NCBI GenBank assembly: GCA_963719515.1
Contig: CAVRCJ010000001.1
Coordinates: 32,001 to 96,000 of the forward strand
Reading direction: 5' to 3'
Source of the DNA: an uncultured cyanobacterium
GTDB lineage: Bacteria > Cyanobacteriota > Cyanobacteriia > CAKZMO01
DNA: 64,000 nt
The translations under genes and the position numbers were made by a program. This document shows, one piece after another, positions 1 through 10,632 of the stretch (positions are counted from its first letter, which is position 1; each line of letters starts with the position of its first letter). Under the pieces are notes generated by a model. It searched no databases. It was not told the DNA's origin and saw nothing but the letters and a program-made list of their open reading frames with translations.

Positions 1-1
1 T

Positions 2-1204
2 ACCCTTGAGTTCCCAGTCAGCTTCGACACCCCACCTGATAGTGCGGTGACGATTGAGTACTCGCTTGATATCGACGGTAGCCTTATCACCGGACTGACT
101 CAGCAGATAGACCCGGCAGGTGGCCTCATCAGCGTTGATGTCGCCAATGATGACCTCGACAATGGGGCAGAATCGGTCGCTGTGACGCTGACCAACGTCA
201 CTAGCACAGATGACGTCACGCTTGGCACCAATCAGGCGATCGCCACCGTCACCGAAGATGACACAGCGCCAACGACAGGAGGAGAAGTTGTTGTTGCTAT
301 CAATGCAGGTGGACCAGCTCTGACACAAGGCGGCATCAACTTCATATCAGATGCCTTCTTCACGAATAGCAAAGCCTACACAGACGATACCAAAGGCAAT
401 GGCCTTCAGCCCATCTTCGACGGCACTGTCTATGAAACCGAACGCTATGGCGGTGAAATAGGTAAAACGCCTTTCAGCTACTCTATTCCAGTAGCAACAG
501 GAGCCGACTATTCGGTCGAGCTATACTTTGCCGAAATATACCAGGACAACATCGGCAGTCGGGTATTCGACGTTCAAGTTGAAGGCCAGCTTGTGCTCGA
601 CGACTTCGATATCCTCGCCCAAACTGGAGGCGACTTCAATCAGCCCGTCATTGTTCCAGTTTCTGGCGCTTTTGCACCTGAGACCTCTGGCGCAGCGGAT
701 GCAATCGATATCTCGTTTGGTGCATCTGTCAACAGCGCGAAAATTAGCGGCATCGTCATTCGCAGCGCCGATGGAACGGTAAGTGGGGGCGGTACTGGTG
801 GTGGCACGAATAGCTCAACAGGTACAGAACCTTCTGATCTCGATATCGGCATCTATGATGCTAGCAGTGACACCCTAATCGCTACCATCAAGGATGGTGA
901 TGAAATTTCAGAAAGCTCATTTGAGCAGGGAGACATTACCGTTGCAGCTTTTGTACCGGGCGATAGCCTATTCTCCGGACAGGCTGAAAGCATGTCGCTC
1001 GACCTCAACAATGGTCAAGCCACACAGGTTGACGATACTGAACCCTACGCGCTGTTTGGCGATCTGAACGGAGACTTCACAGGGGGTTCTCTCCCATTAG
1101 GGCAGAATACTATTACCTTCGATATCTACTCGCAAGATAGTCTTCAAGGGGAGCTACTAGGTATAGTTTCACGTACATTTACAGTCATCAATGACGTTAT
1201 GTAA
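2..1204 (+). CDS. C-terminal part of a large secreted protein (Calx-beta-like segment, malectin domain, C-terminal beta domain); begins before the window
   Basis: Frame is open from position 2 (TLEFPVSFDTPPDSAVTIEY). Malectin motifs AINAGG, YETERYG, LYFAEIY, RVFDVQVEG, AKISGI; Asp/Thr/Gly-rich. Confidence 0.8.
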   Translation, partial: TLEFPVSFDTPPDSAVTIEYSLDIDGSLITGLTQQIDPAGGLISVDVANDDLDNGAESVAVTLTNVTSTDDVTLGTNQAIATVTEDDTAPTTGGEVVVAINAGGPALTQGGINFISDAFFTNSKAYTDDTKGNGLQPIFDGTVYETERYGGEIGKTPFSYSIPVATGADYSVELYFAEIYQDNIGSRVFDVQVEGQLVLDDFDILAQTGGDFNQPVIVPVSGAFAPETSGAADAIDISFGASVNSAKISGIVIRSADGTVSGGGTGGGTNSSTGTEPSDLDIGIYDASSDTLIATIKDGDEISESSFEQGDITVAAFVPGDSLFSGQAESMSLDLNNGQATQVDDTEPYALFGDLNGDFTGGSLPLGQNTITFDIYSQDSLQGELLGIVSRTFTVINDVM

Positions 1205-1524
1205 ATGAGCTGACTTCAGCACTTGTTTGGACTTGCCCTACTCCAATCGGGTGAAGCATCCTTGAATTAGGTGAGATCCTAAGGGATAACTTAAAAGCAC
1301 AAGACCTATCAGAAACATCGAATGCTCCTTCATAATTGATAGAGAGCATTCGATGTTTCTTGATTGAGAAGGCAGCTCTTGGCTCTGAATTTTGTAGCGC
1401 AAATGTACTAGTTTTAAGTGCATTTGCGCACCGCATTGCCTATCCCATGTAGGGGTTTGAGCCCGTGACATTGTCCTAAGAAATGCGGCCAAAGCTATAC
1501 CTATAGCTAAGTTTTACCTACCGG

Positions 1525-3786
1525 CTAGACTATAGGATTAAAGACCTCACCTGCTGAGGCAATTAGCGGTTGGGCACTCACATCTTCAATCTGAGCAAAC
1601 AATGCTTCTGTAGACCGCACGCCTGCAAGGGGCACATCATCTATATGTGGGATAGAGAGGCTATCAATACTTAGGCCGTCGCCAGACTTAAAGCTATCTA
1701 TAGCGGTGATAATATCGCTCTGACCAATCTCGAATAGGTCGTGCTTTGCTGCCACCGCAAGGGCACCGCCCTCGCCAGTCACTGAATCAACTGTGTCACC
1801 ATTGGGCACGTCCGTACGCTCATTTTGAGTGCCGCCCACTACCGTAACAATATCTGCCGCTGGACGAAACTCGATGTAGTCAACGCGAGCATGCTCAGCC
1901 GTACTCCGGCTACCGTCTTCTATACCCGTCAACGTAAACCGATCGCCCTGAGAAATTGTAATGCCTTGAATCTCTGTTGTTACTAGGGTTTTGCTATTGG
2001 CCAATCGACTGCCAAGCTGCTGGTCCATTACGACTTCTGTAAGCTGCTTACCGTTTTTGCTGAGGTTTAGCTGACCAATACCATCGTTCTCATCGAAGTA
2101 GGCCATGGTGACATCATATTTGCCGTCAGCGCCGCTGAACTCTATAACGGCTGAGCCAGTGTCAGTATTCGCGCCACCGCGAAGGCTGATGACTTTGTTG
2201 CCAGAAGCCGCATTGATTGACTCTACACGATAAGCACCCAACAGCTCCATATCTTCTGCTTCAACCTGAATAGCGGTAGGAATAGGGGCAGAAGTTGGTG
2301 CTGAATCTAGGTCAGGCGAGGTAGATGGATCGGCTGTATCAACGGCGGTATCGATTTCAAGCTGAACGACCCCTGTATTACTACGTTCACTGCCCTCAGT
2401 ATCTGAGACGGTGTAAGTAAAGTAGTCAAAACCAGTTTGATCAGCATCTGGAATATAAGCAAAACGGCCTGTTTCCGCATCTAGTAATTGAAGCTTACCA
2501 ATGCGAGCAGGCGTAAACCGCCCTATCTCAATCGCATCGCCATCAATATCAGTATCGTTATCTAAAACCGTAAAAATAACTGGGATGTTACTTCGTACTC
2601 TTACGGTATCATCGACTGCAGTAGCCGCACTATTCGTTTCCCAGATTCCATCACTATTGTCATCCTGAGCCTCGAGCGTTCCAAGGAACGGAAGGTCATC
2701 GGTAATCAAGCTATTATCCAATGTTAAAACGATATCCTTAACCGCTGAGGTCCCTAAAGCTCTATCGACTACTAGCTCAGATAGGATAATGGCGCTTTGA
2801 CCATTCGGTAGCGTGTAATATCCTTGGCGGACTATGCCCTCAAGGTCGATATTGACATTGTTCTGCAGCTCTAAGTTACTGTTGTAGGTCCCTAAACTGT
2901 CTGTCCGTTGCCCCCGTAAAGTAACGTATTCAAAATCATCAAAGGAATTAATGCTGAGATCTGATGATAAGCCGAGATCTAGCGCCAAAGACGACTTAGC
3001 TAGAGGCGACATATTTAGCAGCACCTCACTAGCAGTATCGTCTTGATGAGATTGGATAGTGTCAATGTCCATGACGTTAAGCTGCACGGTCCCCGTTCTA
3101 CTGCGGCCACTACCGTTGGAATCCGAAATGGCGTAAGTGAAGTAGTCAAAGTTTGGCTGGTCACTATTTGGGGTATAGCTGAACGTACCAGTTCCGGCGT
3201 CTACAAGCTTCAGGTCACCAATACGGGCTGGCGTGAAACTCTCTAACTGGATTGCATCACCGTCAATGTCGACATCGTTCTCGAGCACGCTAAATGTAAC
3301 TGCGCTATCGCCCTGCACGTTTACGAAATCGGACGCTGCACTTGCTGCACTATTTATTTCCCAAATTCCGTCATTGTCATCGTCTTGAGCCTTGAGTGAT
3401 CCGAGGAACGGGAGGTCATCAGTAATCAAGCTGCTATCTAACGTTAGAACAATATCCTTGACCGCTGAGACTCCTGAAGCTCTATCGACTACTAGCTCAG
3501 ATAGGATAATGGCGTTTTGACTGTTGGGCAATGTGTAATATCCCTGGTGGGCTATGCCCTTGAGGTCAATATTGACGTTGCCCTGCAGCTCTAAGTTACT
3601 GTCGTAAGTTCCTAGACTGTCTGTCCGTTGCCCACGCAGGGTAATGAATTCAAAATCATCAAAGGAATTGATGCTGAGGTCTGATGACAAGTCAAGGTCA
3701 AGAGCTATGAGGTTCTGCAAGAGACTTATAGCGGTAGAGTCGAGCTCGGTGGCGTCAAAGATTAAAGGTTGATTGTTCAATAACAT
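1525..3786 (-). CDS. Large acidic extracellular protein with a duplicated ~240-aa module containing Ig-like (tandem-95/Big_9-like) repeats and a CBM35/CBM6-like domain
   Basis: VLxNDxDIDGDAI...F(S/A)YxP...FDYFTY motif occurs twice; IQVEAEDM...ARVDYIEF jelly-roll motif. Start is ATG 3786 or 3825. Confidence 0.7.
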   Translation of the reverse strand: MLLNNQPLIFDATELDSTAISLLQNLIALDLDLSSDLSINSFDDFEFITLRGQRTDSLGTYDSNLELQGNVNIDLKGIAHQGYYTLPNSQNAIILSELVVDRASGVSAVKDIVLTLDSSLITDDLPFLGSLKAQDDDNDGIWEINSAASAASDFVNVQGDSAVTFSVLENDVDIDGDAIQLESFTPARIGDLKLVDAGTGTFSYTPNSDQPNFDYFTYAISDSNGSGRSRTGTVQLNVMDIDTIQSHQDDTASEVLLNMSPLAKSSLALDLGLSSDLSINSFDDFEYVTLRGQRTDSLGTYNSNLELQNNVNIDLEGIVRQGYYTLPNGQSAIILSELVVDRALGTSAVKDIVLTLDNSLITDDLPFLGTLEAQDDNSDGIWETNSAATAVDDTVRVRSNIPVIFTVLDNDTDIDGDAIEIGRFTPARIGKLQLLDAETGRFAYIPDADQTGFDYFTYTVSDTEGSERSNTGVVQLEIDTAVDTADPSTSPDLDSAPTSAPIPTAIQVEAEDMELLGAYRVESINAASGNKVISLRGGANTDTGSAVIEFSGADGKYDVTMAYFDENDGIGQLNLSKNGKQLTEVVMDQQLGSRLANSKTLVTTEIQGITISQGDRFTLTGIEDGSRSTAEHARVDYIEFRPAADIVTVVGGTQNERTDVPNGDTVDSVTGEGGALAVAAKHDLFEIGQSDIITAIDSFKSGDGLSIDSLSIPHIDDVPLAGVRSTEALFAQIEDVSAQPLIASAGEVFNPIV
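2355..3705. repeat. Intragenic tandem duplication with a 720-bp period
   Basis: TCTATCGACTACTAGCTCAGATAGGATAATGGCG starts at both 2761 and 3481; boundaries approximate. Confidence 0.9.
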
Positions 3787-4470
3787 CGCTAAGTGTGTGA
3801 AGTTGGGACAATTGCTGTTTTGCACTTTGCTGCTATCTCAGTGAGAGATATCGGCACAGCGCAATGGTAGATGGCCCCTCATTCCAATGGACTCTGGTGG
3901 GAGTAAGCCGTTAGACGTAGCTAATGTGACACGCAGCAGTCCAAAAGACTTTTATGTCTAGCTACAAGGATACAACGTCGATTCTACGAAAGCATAAAAA
4001 ACTTTAAATGGCAAGAGAGTTGGGCCTCTTGACAGAGCTGACCGATCAAAAGGCGTTTTGCCAAGAACTTGATCAACAGAAAAGTAACACAATATGCAGC
4101 TTGGATAGCTAGGAAAGCCTCACTAGTGAAGCATTGATCATTCTGATGAGGTACAGAGGCACAGTAGCAGCAACGGTAACAAACCCGATATATCGCTTAA
4201 GGAAACTTTGCTAAACGCTTGATCAACGGCTTTGGACAAAGCATCACAAGACGCGACAGATAGGCTTCATTTGAGCAGATGGGGCCCATCAGACACTTAA
4301 AGAGCTGCCGCGTCAAGTTCGATTTATGTCGTGTCTTCCTACGTACTCATCAGCTCGCCTATCTTGAGCTAGACAAGCGTTACCCTACAAAGCTCTTTGA
4401 GTGTCATGCGGTGGAACCTTTTACTGGATCTCATCGGTCTGCGGTGCTTGGCCTTTGTCCGAGTAGGTCA

Positions 4471-5454
4471 CTACAGCACTGCTTTATTGTCTGGCCCACT
4501 CTCAAAGCGATCCTCCGGCTCCACCTCCTCAGGAATAGGTAAAGGCGATCGCTCCCGCCACCACCCCAGCAGCGTACTGGCAATAAAGATGCTGGAATAA
4601 GCGCCCAGTAAAAAGCCAATAATCAGCGCCAGGGCAAAATACTTCAGCGTCTCACCGCCAAACAGGAAGATCGCCACCAGCGCCAGCGTCGTCGTCAACG
4701 TCGTGTTGATAGACCGCGTCAACGTTTGGTTTACCGCACTGTCCACAATCCGGTCGAAATCTTCGTGGGGATTGAGCTTGTTCGTTTCCCGAATGCGGTC
4801 ATAAATGACCACCGTGTCGTTCACCGAGAAGCCCACAATCGTTAGCAGCGCCACGATAAACAGGCTATCTACCTCTACCCCCAGCACCAGACCCAGCACC
4901 GCGAACACCCCTAGAGTGATAAACACATCGTGGAACAGGGCCACTAGGGCGAAAACTGCGTAGTCGAGCCGGAAGCGAATGCTGAGGTAGACCGTGATGC
5001 CCAAAAACGACATCAGCAGCGCCGTCAGGCCAGAGCGAAAGATTTGCCGACCAATGGTGGGGCCGACCGTGTCAATTTGCAGAGCCGACGGATCGATGGC
5101 CCCTACCGCCTCCCCCAACGCCTCCAGGAGCGCTGTCCGCTCGTCTACGTCCAGCTCGGCGGTGCGGATCGATAACGCCCCGCGATCGCTCCCCAAAAGC
5201 TGCAGTGAACTGTTGGCCAGCCCCTGGTCCGCCAGCACGTCCCGGACAATGCCTAAGTCGATGGGCGCTTCGCAGGCGGCCACCTCACAGTCGCGCTCAA
5301 TTTGCAGCCGAGTGCCGCCAACAAAATCGAGGCTGGGGCGTAGGGGAGCGCCCACCGTCCGCCAAGACACCAGCATCGCCACCAGGCTAGCGACGATTAA
5401 GGCTAGCGAGATGGACCACCAAAGGGACCGCCGTTGCGAAATCTGAAGCTTCAT
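4471..5454 (-). CDS. secF: Protein translocase subunit SecF
   Basis: [37 protein letters not shown] motifs; lies downstream of secD. Confidence 0.97.
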   Translation of the reverse strand: MKLQISQRRSLWWSISLALIVASLVAMLVSWRTVGAPLRPSLDFVGGTRLQIERDCEVAACEAPIDLGIVRDVLADQGLANSSLQLLGSDRGALSIRTAELDVDERTALLEALGEAVGAIDPSALQIDTVGPTIGRQIFRSGLTALLMSFLGITVYLSIRFRLDYAVFALVALFHDVFITLGVFAVLGLVLGVEVDSLFIVALLTIVGFSVNDTVVIYDRIRETNKLNPHEDFDRIVDSAVNQTLTRSINTTLTTTLALVAIFLFGGETLKYFALALIIGFLLGAYSSIFIASTLLGWWRERSPLPIPEEVEPEDRFESGPDNKAVL

Positions 5455-5489
5455 GAATTGCAGAGGTAAGGGTGCATGCGAGGGTGAAT

Positions 5490-6896
5490 TTAGGGGGTAG
5501 GCGTGTCTTTGGAGAGGTCGGGGGACGAGAGACTAGAGGACAAATTGGGGCAGAACAGCTCCGGCTTGCGGAGACTGGGCACGCTGAGCACCAGCAGCAG
5601 CAGCGTCCGGCTGCAGGTCAGGGCCGTGAACATACTGATGGCGACCCCAAGCCCCAGCGTAACGGCAAATCCTCTCACCAAACCGGTCCCCTGCCAAATC
5701 AGGGCGCTGCAGACGATGAGGGTGGTGACGTTGCTGTCGAGAATGCTCGAAAAGGCGCGGGAAAACCCCGACTCCACAGAGCGGTAGAGGGTGCGGCCGG
5801 CCCGCAGCTCTTCGCGGATGCGCTCAAAGATCAGCACGTTGGCGTCTACCGCCATGCCGATACTGAGGATAAAGCCGGCAATCCCCGGCAGGGTGAGGGT
5901 GACGCTCAGCAGCGCAAATGCCGCAAACACAAGAATGGCATAGATGACCAGCGCCACATCAGCAATCAGCCCCGGCAGGCGATAGTAAAGGCCCACAAAC
6001 ACCAGCACCAGCACCAGCCCGCCGATGCCGGCATAGAGACTTTGACGAATGCTGTCTTGCCCTAGGGTGGCCCCGACGGTGCGATTCTCAACAATTTCTA
6101 CCGGTACGGGAAGTGAGCCGCCCCGCAGCTGAATCGCCAGCTCGTTGGCCTCCTCGGTGGTAAACCGCCCCGTGACGCTGGCCCGCCCTCCGGTAATGCC
6201 GTTTTCGGCGTAGCGCACTTCGACCACCGGGGAGCTGAGCAGCTGGTTGTCCAAAAAGATTCCCAGGGTGCGTCCGGTGCCCGCCACGCTTTTTGTCAGG
6301 TCAGCAAACAGCTGGCCGCCCCGGTCATTAAAGGTCAGCACCACCTCCCAGTTGTTCCCGCCGGGGACGGGGGCGGCGTAGGCGTCGGTGAGCATCTCTC
6401 CCGTCAGCTCAGTTTTCGTAAACAGGGCGGCGATCGCCTCATCGGCAGAGGCCAGGTCCGCCTGCTTTTCCGCCGGTTCACTCTCGTCGTTGAGCTCAAT
6501 GGCGCTCCGGCTGTTAATTAAAGTGCCCAGCACCTGGGCCGAGGTGCCGCGCTGCTGCTCGCGAAAATCCAGCTGGGCGGTTCCCCCCAGCACGCGCTCC
6601 GCTTGCTCCGGGTCGCTGACGCCGGGCAGCTGCACAATGAGCTGGTCTTCCCCAGCGGTTTGCACTACCGCTTCCGATACCCCCAGGCCGTTGATGCGGT
6701 TTTCCACCACGCTCTGCACCGCGGCCAGCTTTTCTGGGGTGATGGTAGGGACGGCGTCGGTAGCTTTGACCTGGAGCGTCAGCTGAGACCCCCCGCGAAG
6801 ATCTAGCCCCAGCCGCGCCGGGGTCTGGGCAATCAGCACCGCTGCCACCAACGTGAGCCCTAAGATCAGTGCCAGAAGCGATCGCTGTCTACCCAT
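5490..6896 (-). CDS. secD: Protein translocase subunit SecD
   Basis: [34 protein letters not shown] motifs. Confidence 0.97.
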   Translation of the reverse strand: MGRQRSLLALILGLTLVAAVLIAQTPARLGLDLRGGSQLTLQVKATDAVPTITPEKLAAVQSVVENRINGLGVSEAVVQTAGEDQLIVQLPGVSDPEQAERVLGGTAQLDFREQQRGTSAQVLGTLINSRSAIELNDESEPAEKQADLASADEAIAALFTKTELTGEMLTDAYAAPVPGGNNWEVVLTFNDRGGQLFADLTKSVAGTGRTLGIFLDNQLLSSPVVEVRYAENGITGGRASVTGRFTTEEANELAIQLRGGSLPVPVEIVENRTVGATLGQDSIRQSLYAGIGGLVLVLVFVGLYYRLPGLIADVALVIYAILVFAAFALLSVTLTLPGIAGFILSIGMAVDANVLIFERIREELRAGRTLYRSVESGFSRAFSSILDSNVTTLIVCSALIWQGTGLVRGFAVTLGLGVAISMFTALTCSRTLLLLVLSVPSLRKPELFCPNLSSSLSSPDLSKDTPTP

Positions 6897-7167
6897 AATT
6901 TGCCGTTTGTTTTACCGTTTGCTGTGCTGCGATGCCTTCAGCGTAAACTTCCATAGCGCTAAAGCCACGCTTAAACCCACTGTATCAAAGGCCATGATAG
7001 CGGCATTTAAGGGGCAAATGCTGACGGCGGTGGCATCGACGTAGCCCAAGGCTTAATCTTCGCTTTCTGTAGATCCGCTACCCTATAAACTATCAACCTC
7101 GTTTTACTTCAAAACTTGGGCCGCGTAGCTCCCGCCCTTGGGCTGTCATCTCACCTTCATTGTCGCC

Positions 7168-9537
7168 ATGTCCCATCCCAAGCCTCAGTCCAACAGCAAA
7201 TCTAACTCGCAGCAGGATGGCCGCGGGGCCAGCGCCAAAGGTACGGCTGAGACGAAGGCAAAAAGCGAGGCAAAGGCCAAGAGCGAGGCCAAGACCAGCG
7301 CCAAGTCTAAAGGGTCCGAGGCGTCTGGCCGCACTGACGGTAAAAATTCAGATGCGGTGAGCCCGGCTCAAGCCAGAGCAGTTCAGTCTCCTGGCCCATC
7401 AGATTCACTCAGTAACCCGAACTTCTTCTTCAACCGAGAGCTGAGCTGGCTTGAGTTCAACTACCGTGTGCTCTACGAAGCGTTTGATGAGCGCACGCCT
7501 TTGCTAGAGCGGCTGAAGTTTATGGCGATCGTCAGCTCTAACCTGGACGAATTCTTTATGGTGCGGGTGGCGGGCCTGCAGCAGCAGGTGGAAGCTGGCG
7601 TCGAGACCATCACCCCCGACGGGCGCACGCCGCGACAGCAGCTCAGCGACATTGGCGATCGCCTCCATCCAATGATGGCCCAGCAGCACGACTGTTTTGA
7701 AAACGTCTTGCGCCCCCAGATGGCAGAGCAGGGAATTTTCCTGCTGTCCTACAGCGAGCTCAGCTATAGCGACCTCAACGAGGACCAAAAGCAGTATCTG
7801 CGACGTCACTTTGAAGAGCAAATCTTTCCGGTGCTGACGCCGCTGGCGGTTGATCCGGGTCATCCCTTCCCCTACATCTCAAACTTGAGCTTGAACCTCG
7901 CTGTGCTGATGCGAGATCCGAAAACTAAAGCAGAGCGCTTTGCTCGGGTTAAAGTACCGCCGTCTCGCTTTGTTGTATTTCCCCCTGGGCTGTGCAGACA
8001 CCTCACACCCGATAAGCCAGTGATTTGGGCCGGCATTTTGCTTGAGGAGGTGATTGCCCACAATCTGGATATTCTCTTTCGCGGTATGGAGATTCAGCAG
8101 TACTGCTTCTTCCGCCTGACGCGCAATGCCGACCTAGAGGTTGAAGAAGACGAGGCGGACGATTTACTTTTGGCTATTGAGAAAGAGCTGCGCAAGCGGC
8201 GGCTCGGCGGTTCAGCCGTTCGGCTGGAGATTCAGGCAGACGCGCCGAGGTTTGTGCGTGAAACGCTGATCCGCGAGCTAGAGCTGCCGGAGAACGCCAT
8301 CTACGCTATACAGGGCATGATCGGGCTTGGGCATCTCATGGAGCTGCTCGGACTACCGCTACCCGAGCTTAAGGACGCGCCGTGGCAGCCGGTGGTGCCG
8401 TCTCGCCTACAAAATAACGGCAGCCTGTTTGAGGAAAACGCCGCCGAAGACAGCCGCAGCTTGTTTTCAGAAATTCGGCATCAGGATTTAATGGTGCACC
8501 ATCCCTATCATTCCTTCCCCGCGACGGTGCAGCGGTTTGTGACCCAGTCAGCCCTCGACCCCAACGTACTGGCGATCAAAATGACCCTCTACCGGACCTC
8601 TGGCGATTCTCCCATCGTCAACGCGCTAATTCGAGCTGCGGAGCACGGCAAGCAGGTTGTGGCCTTGGTGGAGCTGAAGGCCCGATTTGACGAGGAGAAT
8701 AATATTGTCTGGGCCCGGAAGCTAGAGCGCTCTGGCGTGCATGTGGTCTATGGCCTAGTGGGCCTGAAAACCCACACCAAAATTGTGCTGGTCGTCCGTA
8801 AAAAAGACGATCGCATTCGGCGCTACGTCCACATCGGAACGGGAAACTATAATCCTAAAACGGCTCGCCTCTATACTGACCTAGGACTATTTACCTGTGA
8901 TCAAGAACTAGGAGCTGACCTTTCGGAGCTGTTTAACCACCTCACCGGCTACTCCCGGCAAGAAAACTACCGCAAGCTCCTCGTTGCCCCCGTAAGCTTG
9001 CGCAAGCGGATGATGAAGATGATCGAAGAGGAGGCTGAGCACGCTCGGGCGGGGAAAACTGCCGTTATTCAGGCCAAGATGAACGCCCTGGTGGATCCTG
9101 AAATTATTCAGGCGCTCTATCGGGCCTCCCAGGCAGGAGTGCAAATTGACTTAGTGGTGCGGGGTATCTGCTGCCTGCGTCCTGGAATTGAGGGCCTCAG
9201 CGCCACCATCCGCGTCGTCAGCGTTGTGGGCCGCTTTTTAGAGCACTCTCGCATTTTCTATTTTTATAATCAAGGAGAGGAGCGCTTTTACTTAGGCAGC
9301 GCAGACTGGATGCCGCGTAACCTCGATCGTCGCGTCGAAGCCGTAACGCCCATTGAGGATCCAGACATTGCGGCTCAGCTCAAACAAGTCCTTACGATCA
9401 TGCTAGAGGACAATCGCCACGCCTGGGAGCTGCAGTCCGATGGGTCGTACCAGCAGCGCAGACCGGCGGAGGGAGAGCCAAGTCGCAGCTCTCAGCATAT
9501 CTTTATGCAAAAGGCGCTCGCGGGTCAGCTCGACTAA
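7168..9537 (+). CDS. ppk1: Polyphosphate kinase 1
   Basis: FFNRELSWLEFN, SNLDEFFMVRVAGL, HHPYHSF, ELKARFDE, GSADWMPRNLDRRVE. Start taken at ATG 7168. Confidence 0.97.
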   Translation: MSHPKPQSNSKSNSQQDGRGASAKGTAETKAKSEAKAKSEAKTSAKSKGSEASGRTDGKNSDAVSPAQARAVQSPGPSDSLSNPNFFFNRELSWLEFNYRVLYEAFDERTPLLERLKFMAIVSSNLDEFFMVRVAGLQQQVEAGVETITPDGRTPRQQLSDIGDRLHPMMAQQHDCFENVLRPQMAEQGIFLLSYSELSYSDLNEDQKQYLRRHFEEQIFPVLTPLAVDPGHPFPYISNLSLNLAVLMRDPKTKAERFARVKVPPSRFVVFPPGLCRHLTPDKPVIWAGILLEEVIAHNLDILFRGMEIQQYCFFRLTRNADLEVEEDEADDLLLAIEKELRKRRLGGSAVRLEIQADAPRFVRETLIRELELPENAIYAIQGMIGLGHLMELLGLPLPELKDAPWQPVVPSRLQNNGSLFEENAAEDSRSLFSEIRHQDLMVHHPYHSFPATVQRFVTQSALDPNVLAIKMTLYRTSGDSPIVNALIRAAEHGKQVVALVELKARFDEENNIVWARKLERSGVHVVYGLVGLKTHTKIVLVVRKKDDRIRRYVHIGTGNYNPKTARLYTDLGLFTCDQELGADLSELFNHLTGYSRQENYRKLLVAPVSLRKRMMKMIEEEAEHARAGKTAVIQAKMNALVDPEIIQALYRASQAGVQIDLVVRGICCLRPGIEGLSATIRVVSVVGRFLEHSRIFYFYNQGEERFYLGSADWMPRNLDRRVEAVTPIEDPDIAAQLKQVLTIMLEDNRHAWELQSDGSYQQRRPAEGEPSRSSQHIFMQKALAGQLD

Positions 9538-9935
9538 ACCACCCCCAGGCCTCGGCGAGCTCTAGCCGCCTGTAGGATTGAGGTGAATACCTCCTCATCT
9601 AGCGGCTCGACCAAGCAGCCGTCGAGCATCGAGTCATTGGGTTGGAGAAACATTTCAGAGGCCTGCTCTCCAGTGTTCTCAGACAGCGCCAGGACAGTCC
9701 CTCCAAACTCATTGACGAGCTTTCCAACTCGAGAAGAAAAGTCGATAGGCCACCCTTGGCAAGGACCGACCAAAATAACGAGATAGGGATGCAGCTGCGT
9801 GAGATGATCGAAAAACTGGTCTGGAGAATTGGTAATTAGCATGCGGCAGCTCCACATTTCAAGCAATGGCTCGAACCGCCTTATCTCGTTTTCCTGCTGT
9901 TCGAGAACCAAAATACAATCATAGGAAGGAGTCAT
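9534..9935 (-). CDS. Stand-alone CheY-like (pseudo-)receiver domain protein
   Basis: Receiver-fold pattern (ILVLE...PYLVILVG...VLALS...DGCLVEP); the phospho-acceptor Asp and conserved Lys appear to be absent. Confidence 0.6.
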   Translation of the reverse strand: MTPSYDCILVLEQQENEIRRFEPLLEMWSCRMLITNSPDQFFDHLTQLHPYLVILVGPCQGWPIDFSSRVGKLVNEFGGTVLALSENTGEQASEMFLQPNDSMLDGCLVEPLDEEVFTSILQAARARRGLGVV

Positions 9936-10519
9936 TATGCTTCTGTATTACACCTAGATAGAGCTCAACAAGCCAGACTCAGTGCTTGCTTGAATTTAGT
10001 ATTTAACGCATCAGCCTCATGGTATCGCTGTTCAGGCGAGGCTAAATTCAATCAGGTAGGGACAAGAGGTTATACAATGCAAGCGTTCTATGGCTGCTGC
10101 TGCAAGGTTTCTAACTCGCTCAGCTTTGAGTTGATTTAAGATTTAGGTTACGTTACTTAATAAGTAATTGGTGAAAAATTGCCCAGGTAGAGCACTTTTT
10201 TTTAGGCGCTTTCAAAGCCTCTATACATGGGAGCCTGTTACCTTTGCAAAGGAGGCAGAAGGGCCCACTCTTCGAGAAGAGCAGAGCTCTATATCCCCCA
10301 GTCCCTTTGCCAAAATCTAATACTGCTGGCGAAATATTTCGTCATGGTATTTGACGTTTTGGAGACTCCCTCCACCCCCAATCCTAGAGAGACTCAGAGA
10401 AGCCCGATCTCCCTGATATCATTTGCTTCTGGGAATCCGAGATTCAGCTCCTGCTCCCTCAAGCCTGGGGTCGTGGTGGCCGCTTCGAGCGGAAAACATC
10501 AGGCATATTGCGGGAAATG

Positions 10520-10615
10520 AACCTCGCCAGCAGTCTCAAATCTGAGAGAAGGAGGCCCAAGAAGTTCAAAGCCCTCCTCTAACCCTGAGAGAGGGCTTTA
10601 GGATAAGAGCTCAAA
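10520..10615. repeat. Degenerate cyanobacterial REP-like palindromic repeat
   Basis: GTTCAAAGCCCTCCTCTAACCCTGAGAGAGGGCTTTAGGATAAGAGC resembles the CCCTCTCCC-N4-GGGAGAGGG-ATTTAGGGTGAGGG type of intergenic repeat. Confidence 0.45.
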
Positions 10616-10632
10616 AGCGGCAGGCTCCCCTC

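Noticed and set aside
4994..6806. Long antisense ORFs over secDF, and similar ones over other core genes
   Set aside because: Expected shadow ORFs in GC-rich coding DNA; no independent evidence.
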